DNA of 64,000 bases. Source: an uncultured Pseudomonadota bacterium. Lineage in GTDB: Bacteria > Pseudomonadota > Gammaproteobacteria > Enterobacterales > Succinivibrionaceae. Positions 40,315 to 47,575 of this stretch are shown piece by piece. The notes beneath the pieces are model-generated. The model was not told the origin of the DNA. It worked only from the letters and a program-made list of their open reading frames with translations, and made no database searches. Every line of letters begins with the position of its first letter. The stretch's first letter is position 1. Both the position numbers and the translations under genes were made by a program. Location of the stretch: the NCBI GenBank assembly GCA_900317945.1, contig ONIT01000001.1:251-64250 (forward strand), given 5' to 3'.

Positions 40315-42210
40315 ATGGCAACTTCAACTAAATCTTCTCTTAATCTTATATGTCCCTGCTGCGGCCAGAAAATGAGGCGCAGAAGATGGGATTACGTCTG
40401 TTCAGATGAGAAGTGCGGTTTTGTGGTGAAGCGCACTTATCATGGCCATGACTTCACCGATGACGAGCTTGGGAGCCTCGTCAATGACGGCATGCAGCTC
40501 GAGCTGACTGACTGCACGGACAAGAACGGCCTGGCAATGCCGGTCAAGGTGTCTGTTGACAGGAACCGCAAGTCAAAGGACGGCTGGGCTGCCGAGTTCT
40601 ATCCTCATGTCCGTGTCGCCTGTTGCCTATGCGGACAGGAGCAGTTTTACGAGTATCCTGACTATTTCCAGTGCCGCTGCTGCGGTCTCAAGATTGTAAA
40701 GACCCTGATGAAGAAGAGCTTCTCGCCGGCTGAGCGCCTTCAGCTGATGGAGAAGGGCTATCTGCCAAAGGCCGGGGACTTTTACCGTAACAACGGCACC
40801 GAGCTGCAGACTGCAGTTAAGGTTGACCCTGTAAACAAGATCCTGATGCTTGATCCTGGTGAGACCGGTGCTGAGGAGTGCCGCCGCAGGGAGGCTGCAA
40901 GGCTTGAGCAGCTGACTCAGTCATCAGCGCCTGAGGCTCCTGCTGCAGTTTCCGAGGAAAAAGAGAACAGGCCTCCGGTGCAGAGCGCACCAGATGTTGA
41001 GCCAGTCTCTGAAGCTCAGCCTGCTCCGTCACTCAATACGTCAGGCGCATCCGGAAGCAGTGAAAAGACAGTCGATCTGGGCTCATCAGGAGAGTATGGC
41101 AGCCGCGACTTCAACTCCGGGATCATCCATCACAAGGAAGAGGCAGAGCCTGAGAAGAAGGAGAAGGTTGTAGATCTTTCGTCCTCCAGTGAATACGGGA
41201 ACCGTGACTTCAATTCAGGCATCATCCATCACAAGGAAGAGGCAGAGCCTGAGAAAAAGGAGAAGGTTGTAGATCTTTCCTCCTCCAGCGAATACGGGAA
41301 CCGTGACTTCAATTCAGGCATCATCCATCACAAGGAAGAGGCAGAGCCTGAGAAGAAGGAAAAGGTCGTCGATCTGGCGACATCGAATGATGCTGGCAGC
41401 CGTGACTTCAATTCAGGCATCATCCACCATAAGGAAGAGGCAGAGCCTGAGAAGAAGGAGAAGGTTGTAGATCTTTCATCCTCCAGCGAATACGGGAACC
41501 GTAACTTCAACTCAGGCATCGTCCACCACAGGGAAGAGGCAGAGCCTGAGAAGAAGGAGAAGGTTGTTCTGACATCATCGAACGATGCGGGAAGCCGTGA
41601 CTTCAACTCCGGAATTGTCCGTCATAAGGCGGATGCGGGTGCTGAAAAAGCCTCAGCAGAGGCTGAGCCAGCTGCTGTCTCATCAGGCCCCAAAGATGTT
41701 GAGTTCGCTGCCTCATCAGCAGGCAGGGGCTCGTTCCTCTCTGGAATCAGCCATAAGTCTTCAGGTGGCCAGCCTAAGCGCCGTGTCGTAAGCCTCACCT
41801 CGTCAGGCTTCACCGCATCCGGCAGCGCCGAAGTCGCCGAAGGCTCAGAGGAGAGCGCTGCAGCTGGGCATGACTCACAGCCCAAGTTCCAGGCCTCTGC
41901 AAAGGCAAGCTTCGCGAGCGGTATCAAGCGTCTTGACAGCGATTCCACGCTTTCAGAGAGAAGCACGTCGAAGAGCAGCACCGAAAGTGCAGCTGAGGCT
42001 CCTGTGCAGCCGGTGTTTGGCACTGGCTCGCAGGAATCCGCACAGGCTGCTGACGGTGCCGCAGCTCCGCAGCCTGAGCCTGCTGCATCAGAGGAGGCTT
42101 CTTCTGAGGCAGAGTCAAAGCGCGGGCTTAAGGAAGTCGGAAAGGGGCTGCTTGAGAAAGGAAAGGGGCTCTTCGGGCGCTTTATCCATAAGGGCAGGAA
42201 CAATGGCTGA
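40315..42210 (+). CDS. hypothetical protein: 2x Zn-ribbon / topoisomerase-C-repeat-like modules, 6x 33-aa tandem repeats, Ser/Ala/Glu-rich region and a C-terminal amphipathic helix
   Basis: ORF 40291 (TTG), trimmed to the ATG at 40315. The two Zn-ribbon modules are CPCCG-x12-C-x4-CGF..K....G..FTDDELGSLV and CCLCG-x13-CRCCGLKIVK....KSFSPAERLQLM. The repeats are VVDLSSSSEYGNRDFNSGIIHHKEEAEPEKKEK. The tail is GLKEVGKGLLEKGKGLFGRFIHKG. Confidence 0.75.
   Translation: MATSTKSSLNLICPCCGQKMRRRRWDYVCSDEKCGFVVKRTYHGHDFTDDELGSLVNDGMQLELTDCTDKNGLAMPVKVSVDRNRKSKDGWAAEFYPHVRVACCLCGQEQFYEYPDYFQCRCCGLKIVKTLMKKSFSPAERLQLMEKGYLPKAGDFYRNNGTELQTAVKVDPVNKILMLDPGETGAEECRRREAARLEQLTQSSAPEAPAAVSEEKENRPPVQSAPDVEPVSEAQPAPSLNTSGASGSSEKTVDLGSSGEYGSRDFNSGIIHHKEEAEPEKKEKVVDLSSSSEYGNRDFNSGIIHHKEEAEPEKKEKVVDLSSSSEYGNRDFNSGIIHHKEEAEPEKKEKVVDLATSNDAGSRDFNSGIIHHKEEAEPEKKEKVVDLSSSSEYGNRNFNSGIVHHREEAEPEKKEKVVLTSSNDAGSRDFNSGIVRHKADAGAEKASAEAEPAAVSSGPKDVEFAASSAGRGSFLSGISHKSSGGQPKRRVVSLTSSGFTASGSAEVAEGSEESAAAGHDSQPKFQASAKASFASGIKRLDSDSTLSERSTSKSSTESAAEAPVQPVFGTGSQESAQAADGAAAPQPEPAASEEASSEAESKRGLKEVGKGLLEKGKGLFGRFIHKGRNNG
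41068..41658 (+). repeat. in-frame 99-bp tandem repeat, six copies
   Basis: Copies start at 41068, 41167, 41266, 41365, 41464 and 41563, an exact 99-nt period. Copies 2 and 3 differ at only a few bases. The last copy is 96 nt and then diverges. Confidence 0.95.
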
Positions 42211-42526
42211 TGATCTTGACAGCGTAGAGAGCATCTTCAACGAGCTGGCCTCAGACAATCTGCCCGAGGCTGTCATGGCTGAGTACCGAAAGGCATTCGA
42301 GGCAGGATCTGTCACCATAGCCGAAGTGGATCCTGACTACGGCTCGTGGGAGGACAATTCTGATCTCGATGCCTCTGAGCTTGAGTCAAAAGGCTTTTCA
42401 GAGTTTGCCGTATTCGATGAGAATGACAGCGAGGGCAGGATGTTCGCAAGGGTGCTGCTCGATCCGTCATCCCATGAGGCCTTTCTCCGCTGGAATACGG
42501 AATATACGGCCGGGGACGGCTGGTAA
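42203..42526 (+). CDS. small highly acidic hypothetical protein (107 aa)
   Basis: ORF 41870..42526, trimmed to the ATG at 42203, which overlaps the upstream stop by 8 nt. MADDLDSVESIFNELASDNLPEAV...DPDYGSWEDNSDLDASELE is very rich in Asp and Glu. Confidence 0.6.
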   Translation: MADDLDSVESIFNELASDNLPEAVMAEYRKAFEAGSVTIAEVDPDYGSWEDNSDLDASELESKGFSEFAVFDENDSEGRMFARVLLDPSSHEAFLRWNTEYTAGDGW

Positions 42527-42603
42527 TACGCTATACTGATAATTCAGTTTTACACTGGCCCGTCAGTGCGGATTGCTCCGCCATGGCGGGCTTCCTTTTT
42601 CTC

Positions 42604-42933
42604 CTACTCCTCGATATGCTCGAGCCCCTGGCTGATTATGGTCTTTACATGATCATCAGCGAGGGCATACTCGATATTGCGTCCTGATCGGCAGCCTTTC
42701 ACCAGCTTGCTCTGCCTCAGTATTCTGAGCTGGTGCGATACGGCGCTCTGAGTCAGGGAAAGCTCGTCTGAGATCGCCGAGACGCACTTCTGACCCTTTG
42801 CGAGGAGGGTAAGTATTCTGAGCCTGGTCGAGTCTCCGAAAATCTTGAAGAGATCCGCGAGCTCATACATCTTCTCCTCATCTGACTCATCCCCTGCCTC
42901 CTCGTACAGCTCATCCTGTTTATCCTCTGCCAT
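42604..42933 (-). CDS. ArsR/SmtB-family transcriptional regulator
   Basis: LFKIFGDSTRLRILTLLAKGQKCVSAISDELSLTQSAVSHQLRILRQSKLVKGCRSGRNIEYAL is a classic ArsR winged helix-turn-helix. The N-terminal tail is acidic. Confidence 0.9.
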   Translation of the reverse strand: MAEDKQDELYEEAGDESDEEKMYELADLFKIFGDSTRLRILTLLAKGQKCVSAISDELSLTQSAVSHQLRILRQSKLVKGCRSGRNIEYALADDHVKTIISQGLEHIEE

Positions 42934-42947
42934 TTCCTCTGTTCCCT

Positions 42948-42967
42948 CTCATTTGCTGATGCATGAG
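42948..42967 (-). promoter_or_regulatory. candidate ArsR operator (inverted repeat in the arsR-family leader)
   Basis: CTCAT-N10-ATGAG lies between a minus-strand TAAAAT -10 (42972..42977) and the start codon at 42933. Confidence 0.25.
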
Positions 42968-43163
42968 TCCAATTTTAAGCGGATTGCGGCTGATTGTGCA
43001 TCGCATGTCTGATTTTCACACTGTCAGAATCTGCCGGCTATTCCGTTTTGCTAAAATGAATGAGGACTGCCGCCTGAGATGCTGCCAGCGGATGATTGCA
43101 TATCAGCCTCCTTCAGGACGCAGCCGGCCATAACGAAACTCAGATAATGGTGGAGCAGATTGC

Positions 43164-44414
43164 ATGGAGGATGAAACCGCGTCCGTCCTTTTCGCGGAGA
43201 TCGTGAAATTCCTTGAGAACCTCCCTGACGGGGTAGGGCAGACAAGACTTTGCTCCCTTCTCTCGCGAAGCGATCTCGCGGATCTGATCCGCCTGAGGAA
43301 GGCTGCCGGTATTGTCCAGGGGCGCGATATCCGGAATTTCGTGAGGCTGGTCATTCAGAAGAGAACAGCCGGAAGGGGCGCGAACGTGATTCCTTTCCTT
43401 CGCTTCGTCATCCCTTTCCTGACTGATGAGCTCTCCTGCCATTCACCAAGAAGCCGGAAGCTTCTGGATTTATTCCGGGAGTCAACCCGGAACCTTCCGG
43501 GGATCCGCTCATGGACAGAGCACGGCCCGAGCAGCAGCCTGCTGGGGGCCAGTGCCGTCTCGGCTGATTTTTTCTCCGGAGCTGAAAGATCAGGCGATAT
43601 AGCAGGGCCTCAGGAACAGGCAGTAGACACCAAAGCGCTCCTTCCTCTCCTTCGGGCCTCCGTGCTTCCCTCTGGCGAGAGAATAGCTATGGACGAGCCG
43701 GGTGATCTGCATGTCTCGTCATTGCCTGAGGATCTTGATGGCGCATTCCAGAAGCGGGAGGACTCCGGTGTCAGGGATGTCTCAAGGCGGCTCTCCTTCT
43801 GGTATGGCTCCTTTTCCGGAGGGAAGATCCTCTCCTTCGGATCAATGCCTGTAAGGTTCTGCAGCTCGGAGTTCTCGCAGATGCAGTCTGTGGTGCAGGC
43901 CGCAGGCGATACGGCTGATCTGCTTATAGCCTCGGGGATCCTCTCTGAGATATGCCATCATGCAGGTGGTGAAACAGTCTATGTAACTGGCTACGGGCCA
44001 TACGGCACTATCGCGGCGTTTGCGGCCTCGTCCATCCCCGGCGGCTCAGCCCGCGGCGGGCTCAGGGCTGCGGTATTCAATGCGCCGGGACTTTCCGGAT
44101 CAATGATTTCTCTTCTGAGCTGGAAGGCAATATGCGCGGCAGCCGCTTCTACTGAGAATGTCCATTCCTCTCTTGACTGCTATCAGGATACAGGGCTTCA
44201 GATTGGGCACCGGCTGCTGCTTGGAAGGTGCATGGCGGGACAGCGCTCTCCCGCTGAAATGTATGGCTCACTGCAGGAGCTTGCCTCAGGCAGCAGGAAC
44301 GCCGGCACTGCGAGGTCTGCTGCTGAGTCGCTTCTCCGGGAGTCGCTCGGCATGAAGGCAGATGCCATTGCCGGCGGGAGCCTTCCGGAGCAGAGGATCC
44401 CGCGCGCGCCCTGA
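43164..44414 (+). CDS. hypothetical protein (416 aa orphan; degenerate lipase-like elbow motif)
   Basis: A long ORF whose codon usage resembles its neighbours by eye. It is divergent from the ArsR-family gene. I recognise no family. The segment ETVYVTGYGPYGTIAAFAASS resembles hhhTGHSLGG but has no Ser. Confidence 0.5.
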   Translation: MEDETASVLFAEIVKFLENLPDGVGQTRLCSLLSRSDLADLIRLRKAAGIVQGRDIRNFVRLVIQKRTAGRGANVIPFLRFVIPFLTDELSCHSPRSRKLLDLFRESTRNLPGIRSWTEHGPSSSLLGASAVSADFFSGAERSGDIAGPQEQAVDTKALLPLLRASVLPSGERIAMDEPGDLHVSSLPEDLDGAFQKREDSGVRDVSRRLSFWYGSFSGGKILSFGSMPVRFCSSEFSQMQSVVQAAGDTADLLIASGILSEICHHAGGETVYVTGYGPYGTIAAFAASSIPGGSARGGLRAAVFNAPGLSGSMISLLSWKAICAAAASTENVHSSLDCYQDTGLQIGHRLLLGRCMAGQRSPAEMYGSLQELASGSRNAGTARSAAESLLRESLGMKADAIAGGSLPEQRIPRAP

Positions 44415-44428
44415 CGGAGGGCATTGTT

Positions 44429-44977
44429 TCAGATGAAGCCTGCCTTTCCGGCGGACTTCACGTAGGCATCAAGCCTGCTGAGCAGCGTGTCGTCAGCTGA
44501 CGTCCCCATCGCCGAGACCCTGAGGTACTTGCCGTCAAGCGGTGCTACCGTAACCCTGAACGTGCTGTTCCCGACACTGATCTCCGCTGAGGCTGCCTCA
44601 TGCCCGAGAAGCGTGCCTCCCTCGCATTCCTGGGTATCCTTGACTGACAGGTGCTGCAGCTCTTCCCCAAGGATAGCCTCTGCTGACTCCTCGCCATTCT
44701 GGATTTCCCTCAGGGCGACGTTGATCCAGACATAGTTCTGTTTCTTTACCAGGAAGTATTCGGTTATGGTATGTGCCTCTGCAGGATTCGAGATCTTGTA
44801 TACGGAGAACCCCTTGAAGTTCCCGGGCAGGTGCCCGGTCTCATGGTAGAGCTGCTGCCTTCCTGATGGTGACGCTGCCGCAGAGCCGGAGCCGCTCTTC
44901 CTGAGGGCAAAGCGGATGACCGCAATGCAGCAGACCATAACCGCCAGTACAGTAATCAGGCTTAGTGTAGCGCTCAT
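44429..44977 (-). CDS. membrane-anchored hypothetical protein
   Basis: ORF 44429..45007, trimmed to the ATG at 44977 (MSATLSLITVLAVMVCCIAVIRF is an N-terminal transmembrane segment). It starts one nucleotide after the rhodanese stop. Confidence 0.55.
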   Translation of the reverse strand: MSATLSLITVLAVMVCCIAVIRFALRKSGSGSAAASPSGRQQLYHETGHLPGNFKGFSVYKISNPAEAHTITEYFLVKKQNYVWINVALREIQNGEESAEAILGEELQHLSVKDTQECEGGTLLGHEAASAEISVGNSTFRVTVAPLDGKYLRVSAMGTSADDTLLSRLDAYVKSAGKAGFI

Positions 44978-44978
44978 A

Positions 44979-45308
44979 TTACTTTTCCACCGGCATGGTC
45001 TCGGCAAGCTTTTCGAATCCGCCGAGGTTCTCGACGTTCCTGAAGCCTGCGTTCCTCAGAGTCTCGAGGGCAATGCCGGCGCGGTGACCGGATCTGCAGT
45101 AAACCCTGATGGTATCAGTTTCCCTGCTGATATTGAGAGCCTCCGCCCCGTTCAGGATGTTCTGGTACTCGATGTTGAGCGCGCCCTTCAGATGCCCCTC
45201 GCTGAATTCTGCAGGAGTCCTCACGTCGATGAGGTAGTCTGCTGAGAACGCAGAGAATGAGGCGAGCAGCGCAAGTCCGCCTGCAGCCATTGATAAGAGT
45301 TTCTTCAT
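44979..45308 (-). CDS. periplasmic single-domain rhodanese (PspE-like sulfurtransferase)
   Basis: It has a signal peptide (MKKLLSMAAGGLALLASFSAFSA), the motif IDVRTPAEFSEGHLKGALNI, and the active-site loop YCRSGHRAG. Confidence 0.85.
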   Translation of the reverse strand: MKKLLSMAAGGLALLASFSAFSADYLIDVRTPAEFSEGHLKGALNIEYQNILNGAEALNISRETDTIRVYCRSGHRAGIALETLRNAGFRNVENLGGFEKLAETMPVEK

Positions 45309-45350
45309 TTTTTCTGCCTTTGAATTATCCCGTTTGCTGATAAATTCCTG

Positions 45351-45968
45351 TTACTCTTCAGTTGAGGCGCTTTCCTCTTCAGCATCCTCATCAGCAGCAG
45401 TGAAGACTGAAGACTTTTCCTCTGCGCCTGCCTCGCGGTAGTTGTCCCTGATATAGCGGAACAGCTCCCTTGACGCTGCGGGAGGCCTGCCCTGCTCCTC
45501 CTCCGCGTGCGCCTTCTTGATTAGGGCCCTTATCTTGCTCCGGTCGAGGGAAGGGCATTTGCCCATGATGTCATTGAGAGCCGCACTGCCGTCAGGGCCG
45601 ATGAGATCCTCCCTGATTTTCTCAATCCTGTGCAGCTCGGCGGAGCCTGAGGTGCGCCTGCCCTGGATTATCCTGAGCTCCTTCTCAAGCTCGCTGATGT
45701 CGCAGGTCATGAGAAGCCTGCCTACATGCATCATCTGCCTGCGGAAAGACTCGTACTGCCCCCTGAGCCTCCTGCCGGTCAGCATCTCGGATCTGAGCTC
45801 GTCATTGTCCCCGAAGTCAAGCTTCTCGAAGTCCTGGTCACCAAGCATGACAAGATCGCGCCCGAGCTGCTCATAGCGCTTTGCCTCGCGCTTCCTGGCG
45901 CTCTTGCTCTCCCTGGTGTATTCAGTCTCTTCATCTGAGGTGCGTTTTTTTTGTCGTACTGCTGTCAT
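45351..45968 (-). CDS. darP: ribosome-associated protein YjgA/DarP (DUF615)
   Basis: ORF 45351..46064, trimmed to the ATG at 45968. SKSARKREAKRYEQLGRDL...FRRQMMHVGRLL...SRELFRYIRD parallels E. coli YjgA. It is divergent from pmbA, as in E. coli. Confidence 0.8.
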   Translation of the reverse strand: MTAVRQKKRTSDEETEYTRESKSARKREAKRYEQLGRDLVMLGDQDFEKLDFGDNDELRSEMLTGRRLRGQYESFRRQMMHVGRLLMTCDISELEKELRIIQGRRTSGSAELHRIEKIREDLIGPDGSAALNDIMGKCPSLDRSKIRALIKKAHAEEEQGRPPAASRELFRYIRDNYREAGAEEKSSVFTAADEDAEEESASTEE

Positions 45969-46164
45969 CTGTTCTTTCCTGTATTCAGATCCGGGCAATG
46001 CATCCGGTATCCGGCGGCGTTGTTCTGCTGAGGGTGATTTTAGCAGAACGCTCACCAGTGTCATTGCATGATTCAGATAAAATGCGCGCTCATCTCCAGA
46101 TCTGCTTTCATCTTCTTGAGAAATGCGCCGGATTTATTTACATTATTGCGCCGGAGGGGCTGTC

Positions 46165-47517
46165 ATGGAAATCAGAGAACGTCTTAAGAACGAACAGAAA
46201 AAGCTTGAGGAGATCGTCTGCCGCGGTCTGGAGTATGCGAAAAAGAGCGGGGTTACCGAGGCATACATGAACATCGGGCAGAGCACCGGCCTCAGCGTCA
46301 GCACGCTTAACGGCGATGTCGAGAACATTGAGTTCAACAAGTCGCGCGGCATGTCCGTTACAGTGTACAGCGACGGCAGGCGCGGCCGCTCCTCTACAAG
46401 CGATCTCTCGAAGGAGGCTGTGGAGAGCGCTGTTGACGCAGCATACTCGATAGCCAGGCACACCAGCCGCGATCCTGATGCTGTGCTTCCTGACGACGAT
46501 CTGCTGGTTCCCGCCTCTGAAATCAGGGATCTCGATCTCTGCCATCCCTCGGAGGCCGATTCCGAGTCGGCAATTGCCCTTCTCTCTAAAACCGAGAAGC
46601 TGGCGCTGGCGATGGATCCAAGGCTCAAGCGGTCACATGGCGCTGACTACGGCTACAGCTACGGAGTCGGGGTGATGGGCAATACCCACGGCTTCTGCAG
46701 CGGCTATCCCACGTCGTCATATTCCATCTCACTTGGGCTTATAGGAGAGAAGGACGGCGCGGTCGAGACCAGCGGATCCTTTACCCACTCACGCTATCCT
46801 GACCGCCTGATGTCAGCTGAGGAGCTGGCGCGCGAGGCGGCTGACCGGACGCTCAGGAAGCTGGGCCCCAGAAAGGTGCAGACCATGAGGGTGCCCATCA
46901 TACTTGAGAACCACCTTGCCGCAGGCCTGTTCGGAGTGCTTGCCAGCGCCATCAGCGGAAGGCACCAGTACCAGCACACCACTTTTCTGGACGGAAAGCT
47001 CGGAGAGAAGGTGCTCCCCGACTGGGTAACGGTTCACGAGAACCCGTTCATCAGGGGCGCCTACGGCAGCAGCCCGTTTGACGATGAGGGCGTCAGGGTC
47101 AGCGTCTCAGACATCGTAAGCTGCGGAAAGCTCAGCCAGTATCTTCTCTCCACCTATACCGCGAGAAAGCTCGGGATGAGGAGCAACGGCCACTGCGGCG
47201 GAATCTACAACTGGTTCGTGACGAACAACACCTTTGACGGGCTCAGCTCTCTCCTCAAGATGATGGGGAAGGGAATATTTGTTACAAGCCTTATGGGTGA
47301 GGGCGCCAGCGTCATAGACGGCAATTTCTCCCGCGGGGCATTCGGCTTCTGGGTTGAGGACGGTGAAATCAGGTACCCGGTGCATGAGTTCACTGTTGCC
47401 GGCAATATGAAGGATGTTTTCAGCAATATGGTGGCGATGGCCAACGACTATGATCCGAGGCTTGGCATACAGTCAGGATCCGTTCTGATTGATGACATTG
47501 CGGTTGCCGGAATCTGA
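46165..47517 (+). CDS. pmbA: metalloprotease PmbA (TldE)
   Basis: ORF 46123, trimmed to the ATG at 46165, which follows GGAGGGG. It is about 450 aa and PmbA-like along its full length (GMSVTVY..GR.G.SSTSDLS; the C-terminus ends IAVAG). Confidence 0.9.
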   Translation: MEIRERLKNEQKKLEEIVCRGLEYAKKSGVTEAYMNIGQSTGLSVSTLNGDVENIEFNKSRGMSVTVYSDGRRGRSSTSDLSKEAVESAVDAAYSIARHTSRDPDAVLPDDDLLVPASEIRDLDLCHPSEADSESAIALLSKTEKLALAMDPRLKRSHGADYGYSYGVGVMGNTHGFCSGYPTSSYSISLGLIGEKDGAVETSGSFTHSRYPDRLMSAEELAREAADRTLRKLGPRKVQTMRVPIILENHLAAGLFGVLASAISGRHQYQHTTFLDGKLGEKVLPDWVTVHENPFIRGAYGSSPFDDEGVRVSVSDIVSCGKLSQYLLSTYTARKLGMRSNGHCGGIYNWFVTNNTFDGLSSLLKMMGKGIFVTSLMGEGASVIDGNFSRGAFGFWVEDGEIRYPVHEFTVAGNMKDVFSNMVAMANDYDPRLGIQSGSVLIDDIAVAGI

Positions 47518-47539
47518 CGCGGACTGGAAATTGTGCATC

Positions 47540-47558
47540 ATGCCGCCGGAGGCGGCAT
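47540..47558. other. GC-rich hairpin between convergent pmbA and the GT2 gene
   Basis: ATGCCGCC-gga-GGCGGCAT gives an 8-bp stem. There is no T-tract on either strand, so its terminator function is uncertain. Confidence 0.4.
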
Positions 47559-47575
47559 TCCTCGCCGGGAAATGA

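Noticed and set aside
41068-41658. The possibility that the regular 99-bp repeats form a CRISPR array or a mobile-element terminal repeat.
   Set aside because: The repeats are directly abutting with no unique spacers. They are in frame within a long ORF and differ mainly at synonymous positions. This is a protein-coding tandem repeat, not a CRISPR array.
41622-42203. A 193-aa minus-strand ORF, plus the 5' part (41870..42202) of plus-strand ORF 41870..42526.
   Set aside because: Both overlap the Ser/Ala/Glu-rich C-terminal region of the repeat protein. Only the segment from the ATG at 42203 has a sensible start context (overlap coupling) and a non-shadow composition.
43051-43442. Minus-strand ORFs 43051..43245, 43103..43354 and 43140..43442 in the interval between the ArsR-family gene and the orphan.
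   Set aside because: They are short and mutually overlapping, they are antisense to the start of the 416-aa ORF, and they lack ribosome-binding sites. They cannot be fully excluded without expression data.
40167-45350. The possibility that the accessory stretch between rplQ and darP is a genomic island or prophage remnant.
   Set aside because: There is no integrase, transposase, tRNA attachment site or obvious flanking direct repeats. By eye, the composition is not clearly different from the flanks. I treat it as a variable chromosomal segment only.
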